A DNA stretch of 64,000 bases. It comes from Obrimoposthia wandeli. Lineage: Eukaryota. Shown here one piece after another: positions 19,876 through 28,396 of the stretch. The notes beneath the pieces are model-generated. The model was not told the origin of the DNA and searched no databases. It was given only the letters and a program-made list of their open reading frames with translations. How positions within the stretch are numbered: the first letter of the stretch is position 1; every line of letters begins with the position of its first letter. The stretch is from the NCBI GenBank assembly GCA_977020255.1, contig CDROCS010002105.1, positions 434,001-498,000 on the forward strand, read 5' to 3'. The translations under genes and the position numbers were made by a program.

Positions 19876-20487
19876 TCATTCGTTTTCCTGCGAGGTTTTA
19901 AACTGAATCTGGATTAGATTCAGCACAAAGAGGCCAGGTTGCTTATCGGCAATTAGCAATCCAACTTGTTTGATATCCTGAGCAGTAAGTGCAGGTGCGC
20001 CGTTGAGAAGTCGTCCTCTAAACACCGCTTGAAAGTTGTTTAGGTCAAAGATCTTCTCCTGCCGTTGTCCTTTGATGGTCGTAAATTCGTGCTTGTAGGT
20101 GATTCTATAGCCGCTTTTCCATGTCGCGAGCCTCAGTTGATAGGGGCGGCCATCACCGATAAACTCCACTTCTACTCGATTAATCTCGAAGGGCAGTGGT
20201 TCAATCGGTCGATTGATCGAACTGAAGCCACCATTGTTGTCTAGTGACAATTCCCCCCAAAACTGACTCGACTGACCATCAAAAGTGAGTCGTCCTTGTG
20301 AAATGCCCCCCATCACGTTGTCGTTGGTTGCTTTCCACTGCTGATGTTCGTTAGGTCGTGTTAAGTCGATCATAATTGTTCCTGATGAAATAACCGTTTT
20401 GGATAATGCGATGGAGGTATTGAGCAAAAAACAGAGTGTAGCTATTAATTTAAAAGTGGGGTGTAAATGAGTGATCAAGTTACTCAT
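19876..20487 (-). CDS. CIA30-family (complex I intermediate-associated protein 30) protein
   Basis: W..TNDNVMGG.S.G, LSLDNNGGFSS, GDGRPYQLRL, IADKQPG.F.L motifs. Confidence 0.88.
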   Translation of the reverse strand: MSNLITHLHPTFKLIATLCFLLNTSIALSKTVISSGTIMIDLTRPNEHQQWKATNDNVMGGISQGRLTFDGQSSQFWGELSLDNNGGFSSINRPIEPLPFEINRVEVEFIGDGRPYQLRLATWKSGYRITYKHEFTTIKGQRQEKIFDLNNFQAVFRGRLLNGAPALTAQDIKQVGLLIADKQPGLFVLNLIQIQFKTSQENE

Positions 20488-20499
20488 GTCGGCACCCTC

Positions 20500-20766
20500 T
20501 TATGGTAAGGGTTTGCTGTCGGTCAGTGACAAACACTGTTCGATGAAATCGGAGTAGTTTGACGCCTTGCCGTATTCGATTTTCAGTGAGCCATGGAACA
20601 TTAAAGTCACCGTGACGTCTTTGTAGCGTAGCCAACAGGTGTAACCGTCATAATCGTGCCACGCATGTATCTCGCCCAATTGATATTTGTGCTCCAGTTT
20701 GTCGCCATTTGAACGAATGCAATCGAACACTCTGAGAAACTCTCTTGTAGTGAGTTTGTTATTCAT
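20500..20766 (-). CDS. DUF3081-family protein
   Basis: AWHDYDGYTCWL...FHG motif. Confidence 0.7.
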   Translation of the reverse strand: MNNKLTTREFLRVFDCIRSNGDKLEHKYQLGEIHAWHDYDGYTCWLRYKDVTVTLMFHGSLKIEYGKASNYSDFIEQCLSLTDSKPLP

Positions 20767-20884
20767 GTGTCACTCCTGCTTATGATGCGAGGCAACAATA
20801 CCCGTTTTACCTGTTTTTATAGTAATTAACTACGGATTAGCGCCACGAATCGATCACAAAGTATACAAGAAAGATTTGATTTTG

Positions 20885-21085
20885 AGGCAGTGGAGGTACG
20901 TGGATACAAGCACCGTAAATGGCACTAACATGAACTCGACATAGATTCAGAATCTCCCTTAAGGGGAGAGTGCTGAAAGGTCGACCCTCTAGTGAATACC
21001 AGAGGCTTGCTGCTGTTATTTCACCTGCTACTTGCGGTTTGTGCGAATGTAGATAGTTGCTTCTTTGTCAGACTTGTTCTCAATT
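20885..21085 (+). ncRNA. Candidate structured non-coding element (possible orphan IS110-family non-coding end)
   Basis: Consecutive hairpins 20897-20917, 20946-20977 and 20986-21005 plus ggtcgacc palindrome; no ORF; identity is inference only. Confidence 0.3.
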
Positions 21086-21097
21086 TGGTGAACAAAA

Positions 21098-21199
21098 CGC
21101 CTTCTTTTTGTTCTATTTCTTGTGCGGTATAGCCCTGAGACACCAATTTATAGTAGTAGGTATACAAAATACCGATCAAGCTCTGTTGTGTGATTTGGT
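21098..21199 (-). pseudogene. Collapsed shadow copy of the MFS gene 3' end (source 25453-25692)
   Basis: 76-bp block 21106-21181 equals 25553-25628 with 1 mismatch; flanking blocks are joined across two deletions. Confidence 0.9.
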
Positions 21200-21283
21200 A
21201 TTTTTCTACTACCGACTGAATGTCTATGAAGTCGATAGTTATTGGTTTTCACTTATCGACTCACCTTTAGCTCATGGTCATAA

Positions 21284-21664
21284 TCACTCAATAGTTTCAA
21301 AGTGGAACTTGTATTCACGTACACCGTCTATCTGAACACCTTTCTCTCTCAGCTCAAGGTACTGCTGAATCTTAACTGTTCTGAAATCCATAGCCTTCAG
21401 CGCAAGAATTATCCGTAGTTCATCCATTGAACGTGACTTAGCTTCAGAACTACAAGTACCGCAGACAACATAAGCCTTTTGTTTAAAACCAAGCTTATTA
21501 AGCCAGTTCAGCTCTTTTGGTTCTTTACGTGTGCCACAAAAGTAGCAGCGATTCTCTTGCTTCAATGCTGCCTGTTGCCTTAAAGCTTTAGGGCTTGGTG
21601 ATTTGATTGGTGGGGTAGTGTTAGTCTTCTTACTACCACTAGAGAACTGAACTACATTAGACAT
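21284..21664 (-). CDS. Zn-finger protein with degenerate HNH-like scaffold
   Basis: RCYFCG...VVCGTC two CxxC pairs and C-terminal FHFE; catalytic His residues not evident. Confidence 0.5.
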   Translation of the reverse strand: MSNVVQFSSGSKKTNTTPPIKSPSPKALRQQAALKQENRCYFCGTRKEPKELNWLNKLGFKQKAYVVCGTCSSEAKSRSMDELRIILALKAMDFRTVKIQQYLELREKGVQIDGVREYKFHFETIE

Positions 21665-21981
21665 TTGGATTGCTCTTACTAATCAAGGTATACAGTATAT
21701 AACTGAACATTATTGTCATGTGCCTTTATATCCTATTTCTTGTGCATTCAATTCGTCAAATTACCATTTTACGCACTGTACTGGTTAAGGGGCTTAGCCT
21801 GTGTTCGATGTGAGTACTACAAGACATTTATCTAAGCGAGTTTTGCCATACTTCAATTAATTCATGCTCTGCTAAATTAGCAAAATATCTGACTCATATC
21901 TGCCCCAAAGTGCGTTAGCGAGAAAGATGAGGTCATCACAGAGCAGCCAATATTACCTTATCCTATGAAGCCTCTGCGGGT

Positions 21982-23763
21982 ACTATCCTTTTCGATAGCT
22001 CAATTCCACAAGGTAAAATTGAGCTGATGATGGTGAATTCCTATATGCTGGTGTTTGGTAAACAGCCAAGAAATATCCGCAGTTAATTGCGGTTCACCAG
22101 CAGTAACTTGGTTAATCGATTGTATCAATAATGATGATTTCACAATCAGTTGTTGCTCTTAACAAAATTGACTTTGACTGCGTGATTTCAGCGCCGTCAC
22201 CTTTATTCATCGTTATATTGTCTACTTTGCTACCCGTATGGTCTTCAATTTTGAACATACCATTAGAGGCTAAAATATACGCTTGATGGTTAATGTCATG
22301 TTCAATAACAGTGCCTTTAGCTAACTTGCCCCCATAGATACGTGCTTCTTGGTGGATAAAAAGTGCTTGGCCTTTATCCTCATTATAACCAGATGCCAAT
22401 AACGTCAGTGTTTCTGTCTGTTGCGTAGGGAATTTCTTACTTTCCCAGCGAGGCTCAACGTTTTGCTTATTGGTCTCAATCCAAATTTGATAAAAGGTTA
22501 ATGGGTCTTTCGTGCGGTTATATTCCGAGTGCACAATACCGGTGCCTGCACTCATCACTTGTACTTCACCAGCTTTAGTGATGCCTTTGTTACCCGTACT
22601 GTCTTGATGAGTAATAGCACCAGATCGAATAAAGCTAATAATTTCCATATTCTTATGTGGGTGAGATGGAAAGCCAGTACCCGGTTCAACCCAATCATCA
22701 TTTACTACACGTAATTTACCAAAGCCCATTCGCGTAGGATTATAATAATTAGCAAAGCTAAAGTGATGTTTAGATTTAAGCCAACCGTGGTTAGCATTGC
22801 CTAAGCTTTTATAGGGATAATGTTTGATCATTAGATTTCCTTACGCTGTAAATATAAGCTTCATTGATAAATAGATGATAGCGTCTTCTACCAATTAACT
22901 ATTTTAGAATTAAGTGGTTAATGGAATGGCACATGAGTGTTCGTTCGCTAAGCGTTAGCTAAATTGCTCATCTCTATTATGAGGAACTGTCCAATCTTGC
23001 TTATGGGTCATTGGCACAATACCGTAAGGGTTTATGGCTAAATGGCTTGCATAGTAATGACGTTTTATATGTGCTTCATTCACTGTTTTAGCAATATTCG
23101 GCATTTGGTACAGCTCTAACATGAAGCGATAAATATTGTTGTATTGCTCGATGAGTTTTAAGTTACATTTAAAGTGCGTATGGTAAACCGAATCGAAACG
23201 CACCAAAGTAACCCATAAGCGCCAGTCCGCTTCTGTCAGTTCATTCCCTGTTAAATAGCGCTGTGTCGAAAGCTTATTCTCAAGCTGTTCAAGTGCTGTA
23301 AATAAAGCAGTCACATTTTTATCGTATGCTTCTTGGGTGGTAGCAAAACCAGTTTTGTACACGCCGTTATTAATGTTGTGATAAACCAGCTCATTCTCGA
23401 TACCAATTTTTTCTCGTAAATGCTCAGGATAAAAATCGAGTGTATTGCCGGTAATATCATTAAAAGCACTATTAAACATTCGAATAATTTCTGATGATTC
23501 ATTGTTAACAATCACTTTGTTTTTCTTATCCCATAAAATAGGCACGCTATTAACGCCGCTGTAATCAGGATCTTGAGCGAGGTACTTTTCACCAATAAAG
23601 TTATCTCCGTACAAATCATCTCCAGTTGTGCCATAAAGCTGTGCCGATGCTTCATCATGGTTAAAGCTCCAGCCTTTATCATGCATATCAGGATGCACAA
23701 CACTAACGGTAATTAAATCTTCTAAGCCTTTTAGTTGGCGGAAAACTAAGGTGCGATGCGCCC
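21982..23763. repeat. Direct segmental duplication, copy 2 (intact source)
   Basis: Partner of 5533-7314. Confidence 0.97.
22112..22831 (-). CDS. Pirin-family protein, copy 2
   Basis: Same motifs as copy 1. Confidence 0.93.
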   Translation of the reverse strand: MIKHYPYKSLGNANHGWLKSKHHFSFANYYNPTRMGFGKLRVVNDDWVEPGTGFPSHPHKNMEIISFIRSGAITHQDSTGNKGITKAGEVQVMSAGTGIVHSEYNRTKDPLTFYQIWIETNKQNVEPRWESKKFPTQQTETLTLLASGYNEDKGQALFIHQEARIYGGKLAKGTVIEHDINHQAYILASNGMFKIEDHTGSKVDNITMNKGDGAEITQSKSILLRATTDCEIIIIDTID

Positions 23764-23938
23764 ATGGGCAAGCAAGCGATACGTATAAATGATAACGGCC
23801 AGCTTCCGCTTTAAAACCCTCTCGTCCGCTAATGCCTGCGCTGCCATCAGGGGTGATCCAATTTCTAAATTGTGATTCTTTACGCTGATACTCGCCGTTT
23901 TTGATACTGCTGTTCCAGCTGTTTTTTACTGATGTCAT
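22955..23938 (-). CDS. yqjG: Glutathionyl-hydroquinone reductase (Xi-class GST)
   Basis: RYHLYVSLACPWAHR, SVPILWDKK, NNESSEIIRM, TEADWRL..TLVRFD motifs. Confidence 0.92.
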   Translation of the reverse strand: MTSVKNSWNSSIKNGEYQRKESQFRNWITPDGSAGISGREGFKAEAGRYHLYVSLACPWAHRTLVFRQLKGLEDLITVSVVHPDMHDKGWSFNHDEASAQLYGTTGDDLYGDNFIGEKYLAQDPDYSGVNSVPILWDKKNKVIVNNESSEIIRMFNSAFNDITGNTLDFYPEHLREKIGIENELVYHNINNGVYKTGFATTQEAYDKNVTALFTALEQLENKLSTQRYLTGNELTEADWRLWVTLVRFDSVYHTHFKCNLKLIEQYNNIYRFMLELYQMPNIAKTVNEAHIKRHYYASHLAINPYGIVPMTHKQDWTVPHNRDEQFS

Positions 23939-24116
23939 AATGTTGACCTTAGTCTTTATAAAATGGGTTTTTGTTAATGTGGAGCTATTGTATAAGTTGA
24001 ATAACCATTTAATAATCCCTATTATTTGTTTGAAATGGTCAAAAAAACTGAACAGTTAATGTGTCATTAATTTCTGGTATATAACTTGGCTTAAATGAAA
24101 TAAAGGATTCAAGATA

Positions 24117-25022
24117 ATGAATACACCTCCGCTTAGTATTGAAGCATTATTAGTCTTAGATGCGATTGAATATCGCGGCAGTTATGCCGCAGCAGCGGAG
24201 CAATTAAATAAAGTACCTTCAGCACTTTCTTACATAGTGCAAAAGCTAGAAGAACAATTAGGCGTAACATTGTTTGTGCGACAGGGAAGGCGCGCAGTGC
24301 TTACACCAGCAGGTAAACATTTATTAGTGGAAGGCCGTAAGGTCTTATCAATCATCAATACGTTGTCAGAGCAAACACAAACCATAGCCAATGGCTGGGA
24401 GCCTAAAATTCGCATTGCTTGCGACTCAAGTATTGATATCAATCCTGTTTTTACTGCTTTACAACAATTTTTAACTGAACATAAAAACATTGAAGTTGAT
24501 GTTCAAGAAGAGGTAATGAACGGCACTTGGGAGGCATTAATTGAAGATAGAGTAGATTTAGTGATTGGTGCCCCAGCTCCCGTGCCTAATCAAAAAGGTA
24601 TCAGAGCAATAAAGACAGGGGAGTTAAACAATGTATTGGTTGTTAGCGCATCACATGAGCTTTCAGCTCAGGTATCACGATCTAAAGAGCCGACTCAAGC
24701 AGGTGAACTAACCAAATATCGAAGTGTTATTGTTCATGATACGGCGAAACATGAAATTCCATGGTCAGTTAATTTGATTGAAGGCAATCAACATTTTTAT
24801 GTTAGCTCTATTGCACAAAAGGTTGCTGCTATTCTTGCTGGAATAGGTATTGGTCATTTACCAAAATGTGTGGCTCAACACTATATTGAGGCAGGAGATT
24901 TGGTTGTGATTGAATTAGCTGATAAACCAGCACCTCAAGATTTATTTATGGCGTGGAAAATAACAAATAAAGGAAAAGGGTTGAATAGATTAAAAGCTAT
25001 TTTATTAGAGGAGAAAAAATAA
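24117..25022 (+). CDS. LysR-family regulator (YhaJ-like), divergent from yqjG-pirin
   Basis: N-terminal HTH GSYAAAAEQL.KVPSALSY.VQKLE; EEVMNGTWEAL. Confidence 0.92.
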   Translation: MNTPPLSIEALLVLDAIEYRGSYAAAAEQLNKVPSALSYIVQKLEEQLGVTLFVRQGRRAVLTPAGKHLLVEGRKVLSIINTLSEQTQTIANGWEPKIRIACDSSIDINPVFTALQQFLTEHKNIEVDVQEEVMNGTWEALIEDRVDLVIGAPAPVPNQKGIRAIKTGELNNVLVVSASHELSAQVSRSKEPTQAGELTKYRSVIVHDTAKHEIPWSVNLIEGNQHFYVSSIAQKVAAILAGIGIGHLPKCVAQHYIEAGDLVVIELADKPAPQDLFMAWKITNKGKGLNRLKAILLEEKK

Positions 25023-25443
25023 CCTTAATGTTTACATAAATAAGTACATATGAAATCTCATGTGGTAAAAGATCTTGGCTTATATTGTTTATATACAAGA
25101 GTTTAAGGTTTCAAGGTGCTTTTTCTTATCTAACTCGATCGCATTAGGTAAATCCTCTTTAAGACGCTTTTGTTCAGAGCAGTGATGAATATGATTTCAT
25201 AACTCAGAAATGCCCCAAACCTTATTATGTTGGCCTAAATATCAAAATACACATTTTGCGTAACACAAATTGTGTATTTCCATTCTGGGTCTGTAGTTGA
25301 GTGTTGTGGGCTCATTGAATTTACTGGTAGGTAACGCATTTATGTCCAATACTGTGCCAGACTATTATTCTGATATTTGTGACGAGAAGTTGCACGCGTT
25401 TGTCTAAGAGTATGTCATTTCTTCAATCCTACCTTAGTACTTT

Positions 25444-26775
25444 TCAAAAAATCGCCTTCTTTCTGTTCTTGAAATAGAACAGCGCGCTGATTGAAATGAA
25501 CAACAACGTAAAGTAATAGAAAAACGAAGAAAGTGAGGCCAAGAAATCGAGGTTTTGTTCTATTTCTTGTGCGGTATAGCCCTGAGACACCAATTTATAG
25601 TAGTAGGCATACAAAATACCGATCAAGCCGTACCCGAGGTTAAACATTAGGCCTTTAAAGCTGAGAACGGTGGCTCTGTTGTGTGATTTGGTCTTTTTAT
25701 TAAGATGATAACTAATGAAAATGTTCATTGTCATGATGATAAAGATTAACATCAGTGCAGGTATTACCCCGTAGATCGACCACCCCAAACTAATCCAATA
25801 ATAGGTCACCATGGTTGCTAAGCCCATGACAAGCATAAATGTTTTTTGGTTCATGCTTTCCGCTAATCTTCTGCTTTGTCCCGCCAGTATGATTTTAAGT
25901 ACACTGATCCCCGCGCCGATAAAACCGAAATAGATAATAGGAATATCAATGGCAAGATAGTATTGGCTGTTCATGGTTAGGAACATCCGCGAGGTGTGTT
26001 CGAATAGGCTGTAGTAGAGCAATATGAAGAGTACATAAGGCGTAGAAAATACCCACTTACCAGTGTCGGCCGTTAATTTAAGGCTTGCTATGGTTGTGGC
26101 CAATTTGGTTTGATCGCTTGGCATGACCTTTTTGTCTTCTCGCATGTTTATCGCCGCATAAATGGCGATCATCGCGACAAATAGAGTGGCAAAAACGGGA
26201 ATGCGCATTAAATCTTTGGTGCTCTCTGGCTCCGCTAATCCGAGAGTCTGAAAAATGTTAGCCATGAAGTTAACATCGTACATGGCAGCACCGATTAGAG
26301 TGACAAAGATACCGACACTTGAGGCGACGCGAAGTTGGATTTGTAAGACTCGCGGCCACATTTCTTCTTTGCCTTGCTCTTTTAAGGTGTCGTAAGCTAA
26401 GGCTTCATCGGCACCACTTGCCAACGCCATTGCTAAGCCACTTAATATTCGGTTGACCAAAAATACAATGAATACCAGATTGGGGTTTCCAGTAGGCGCA
26501 ACGGCGATCATTGCGATTTCAACAAACATGATAATTGAAGATAACACCACAAGCTTTTTGCGCCCTAAGGTATCGGCAAATGCACCTGATGGGACTTCGG
26601 CAAGAACAATAGTTACAGCCCAAACCACGTTAAGCATGGCAAATTGAGAGAGGGTTAAGCCGTAATCTAAATAGAGCAGGGTGAATACAGGGTAATAAAA
26701 ACGCGCAAAGTAGCTGCTTCTAAACATTAAGAAGTAGCGAACATTACGGATTTGAAGGATTTCTTTAAACGTCAT
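25444..26775 (-). CDS. MFS transporter
   Basis: EVPSGAFADTLGRK motif A, multi-TM; likely start MTFKEIL. Confidence 0.88.
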   Translation of the reverse strand: MTFKEILQIRNVRYFLMFRSSYFARFYYPVFTLLYLDYGLTLSQFAMLNVVWAVTIVLAEVPSGAFADTLGRKKLVVLSSIIMFVEIAMIAVAPTGNPNLVFIVFLVNRILSGLAMALASGADEALAYDTLKEQGKEEMWPRVLQIQLRVASSVGIFVTLIGAAMYDVNFMANIFQTLGLAEPESTKDLMRIPVFATLFVAMIAIYAAINMREDKKVMPSDQTKLATTIASLKLTADTGKWVFSTPYVLFILLYYSLFEHTSRMFLTMNSQYYLAIDIPIIYFGFIGAGISVLKIILAGQSRRLAESMNQKTFMLVMGLATMVTYYWISLGWSIYGVIPALMLIFIIMTMNIFISYHLNKKTKSHNRATVLSFKGLMFNLGYGLIGILYAYYYKLVSQGYTAQEIEQNLDFLASLSSFFYYFTLLFISISALFYFKNRKKAIF

Positions 26776-26836
26776 GAATTTTCTGCACTCTGGATAACGC
26801 ATTATTATGTATATACCCTTTAGTTTTTGAAATCAT

Positions 26837-27135
26837 GGCATTATTGCAAAAACCGACAAAATTCTGATTTAGCGAACCTATTCGCTCGTTATGTCCAGAG
26901 GAGTACCAGCATGTCCTTGCCCGACCAAACGTTATTTGATTACCAAGCGCCTTATTGGTATTCCTCGTTTATTATCACGGGGGTAAATAACGATAGAAAT
27001 TACCGATAGCCGCTCGGAACGGTTTTATCACAAACAAGAGTGCTGAGTATCCATGTTGATCACTCAACCATCAATCAAAGGGTCAGTAAATATGCTCCCT
27101 TACTGGAACATCTGGCTCGTCGAAGCAAGAAGCAG
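26837..27135 (+). mobile_element. IS6-family remnant (left IR and degraded transposase 5' end)
   Basis: GGCATTATTGCAAA matches the IS26 IR GGCACTGTTGCAAA at 12/14; downstream frame VDHSTINQRVSKYAPLLE matches the IS6 transposase motif VDHSTIxRWVxxYAP. Confidence 0.75.
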
Positions 27136-27408
27136 CGTCACACTATCTAGTTACCCATAACCATAAATTCCTACTTCGCTTAATTGTCGATTGATGAAAA
27201 AAAAGAACATGAGTCCTGTTGGTCAGTTTTTGTTTATTTTAATGTGGTTGAGATCGATATTAAAGAAGCTGGAGAATATACGTAGACGATAACCTGAGAG
27301 TGGCAACCTCAAATTTGGAACCTAACAATAATTTGAATCCCAAATGTATCTTTTTTTTCTTGTATTACTCTTTAAAGAAGGTGGATAAAAGGATTGGGAT
27401 GGCAAAAT

Positions 27409-28290
27409 ATGAAGAATCAAATGGACGATTACTATGTATTTTGTCAAGTTGCAAAATACGGCAGCATGAAGAAAGCAAGTGAACAAGTAAAGTTACCACT
27501 CTCTACGGTCAGTCGACGAATAGTAGGACTGGAACAAGGATTAGGAGTGCAGCTTTTTATTCGTAGCAAGAATAAGCTGACACTATCTAACGAAGGTGAA
27601 AAATACTTCCAAGCACTCAACCAGCATCTTGAAGCTTTTACTAATTCATTGGATGAGTTACATGAAGACTCAGGGAAGTTACATGGCAGAGTCGTGATAT
27701 CTGCCACTAAGCAGTTCTACTTAAGATTTATGTATCCTTATCTCAAAGATTTACTCAAACAAAACCCTGACCTTTCTATTGAACTTAAAAACTCCCACAG
27801 TTCAACCGAATTAACAGAAGATGTCGACATCGCTGTTGCAAGCGGCGAGTTGCCCGAAACAAATCTAATTGCCAGAAAACTGATGGACGTTCCGTTAATG
27901 TTTGTCGCGAGCCGAGAATTTAAAGCCTCTTACCAATCAGAAATAGACAATGCTGAGTTCAGTAACATTCCTTACATTGCCACGTTTTCTCATCCTACTC
28001 TTACTGTATTGCATCGTTCAACGGAAGAACGACTTCGGCTCAAACTCGATTGTCGACTAATGGTCATGGATATGGAAATGGTGGTCATTGCCACACTCGA
28101 CTCCCTTGGCTATGCTGTCATTCCAACGTATATACACGAAAATATTGCCGCTGCTGACAACGTAGTCGAGATATTCGATGACTACACCATTAACCCCGTT
28201 CGATTCAGCTTGTTGTACAGGGATAAAAATCTGCAAACCGCCGCTCAACGAGCTGTAGTAGAAAGCATTATGACAGGTTTCCAAAAATGA
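27409..28290 (+). CDS. LysR-family regulator
   Basis: HTH GSMKKASEQVKLPLSTVSRRI..LE; start uncertain (27394/27409/27421). Confidence 0.88.
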   Translation: MKNQMDDYYVFCQVAKYGSMKKASEQVKLPLSTVSRRIVGLEQGLGVQLFIRSKNKLTLSNEGEKYFQALNQHLEAFTNSLDELHEDSGKLHGRVVISATKQFYLRFMYPYLKDLLKQNPDLSIELKNSHSSTELTEDVDIAVASGELPETNLIARKLMDVPLMFVASREFKASYQSEIDNAEFSNIPYIATFSHPTLTVLHRSTEERLRLKLDCRLMVMDMEMVVIATLDSLGYAVIPTYIHENIAAADNVVEIFDDYTINPVRFSLLYRDKNLQTAAQRAVVESIMTGFQK

Positions 28291-28396
28291 GATTGCCGAA
28301 CTCAAAAAACCATATATATCGATTTTTGTGATCCACTTAATATGACCTCATCGAAACGAAGCAATCGCTGACAATAAAAATCAATGAGGTAACACC

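Noticed and set aside
21057-21335. 92-aa plus-strand ORF
   Set aside because: Chance antisense reading across the MFS shadow and the Zn-finger gene end.
26827-27009. 60-aa ORF
   Set aside because: Falls within the degraded IS6 remnant; not an independent gene.
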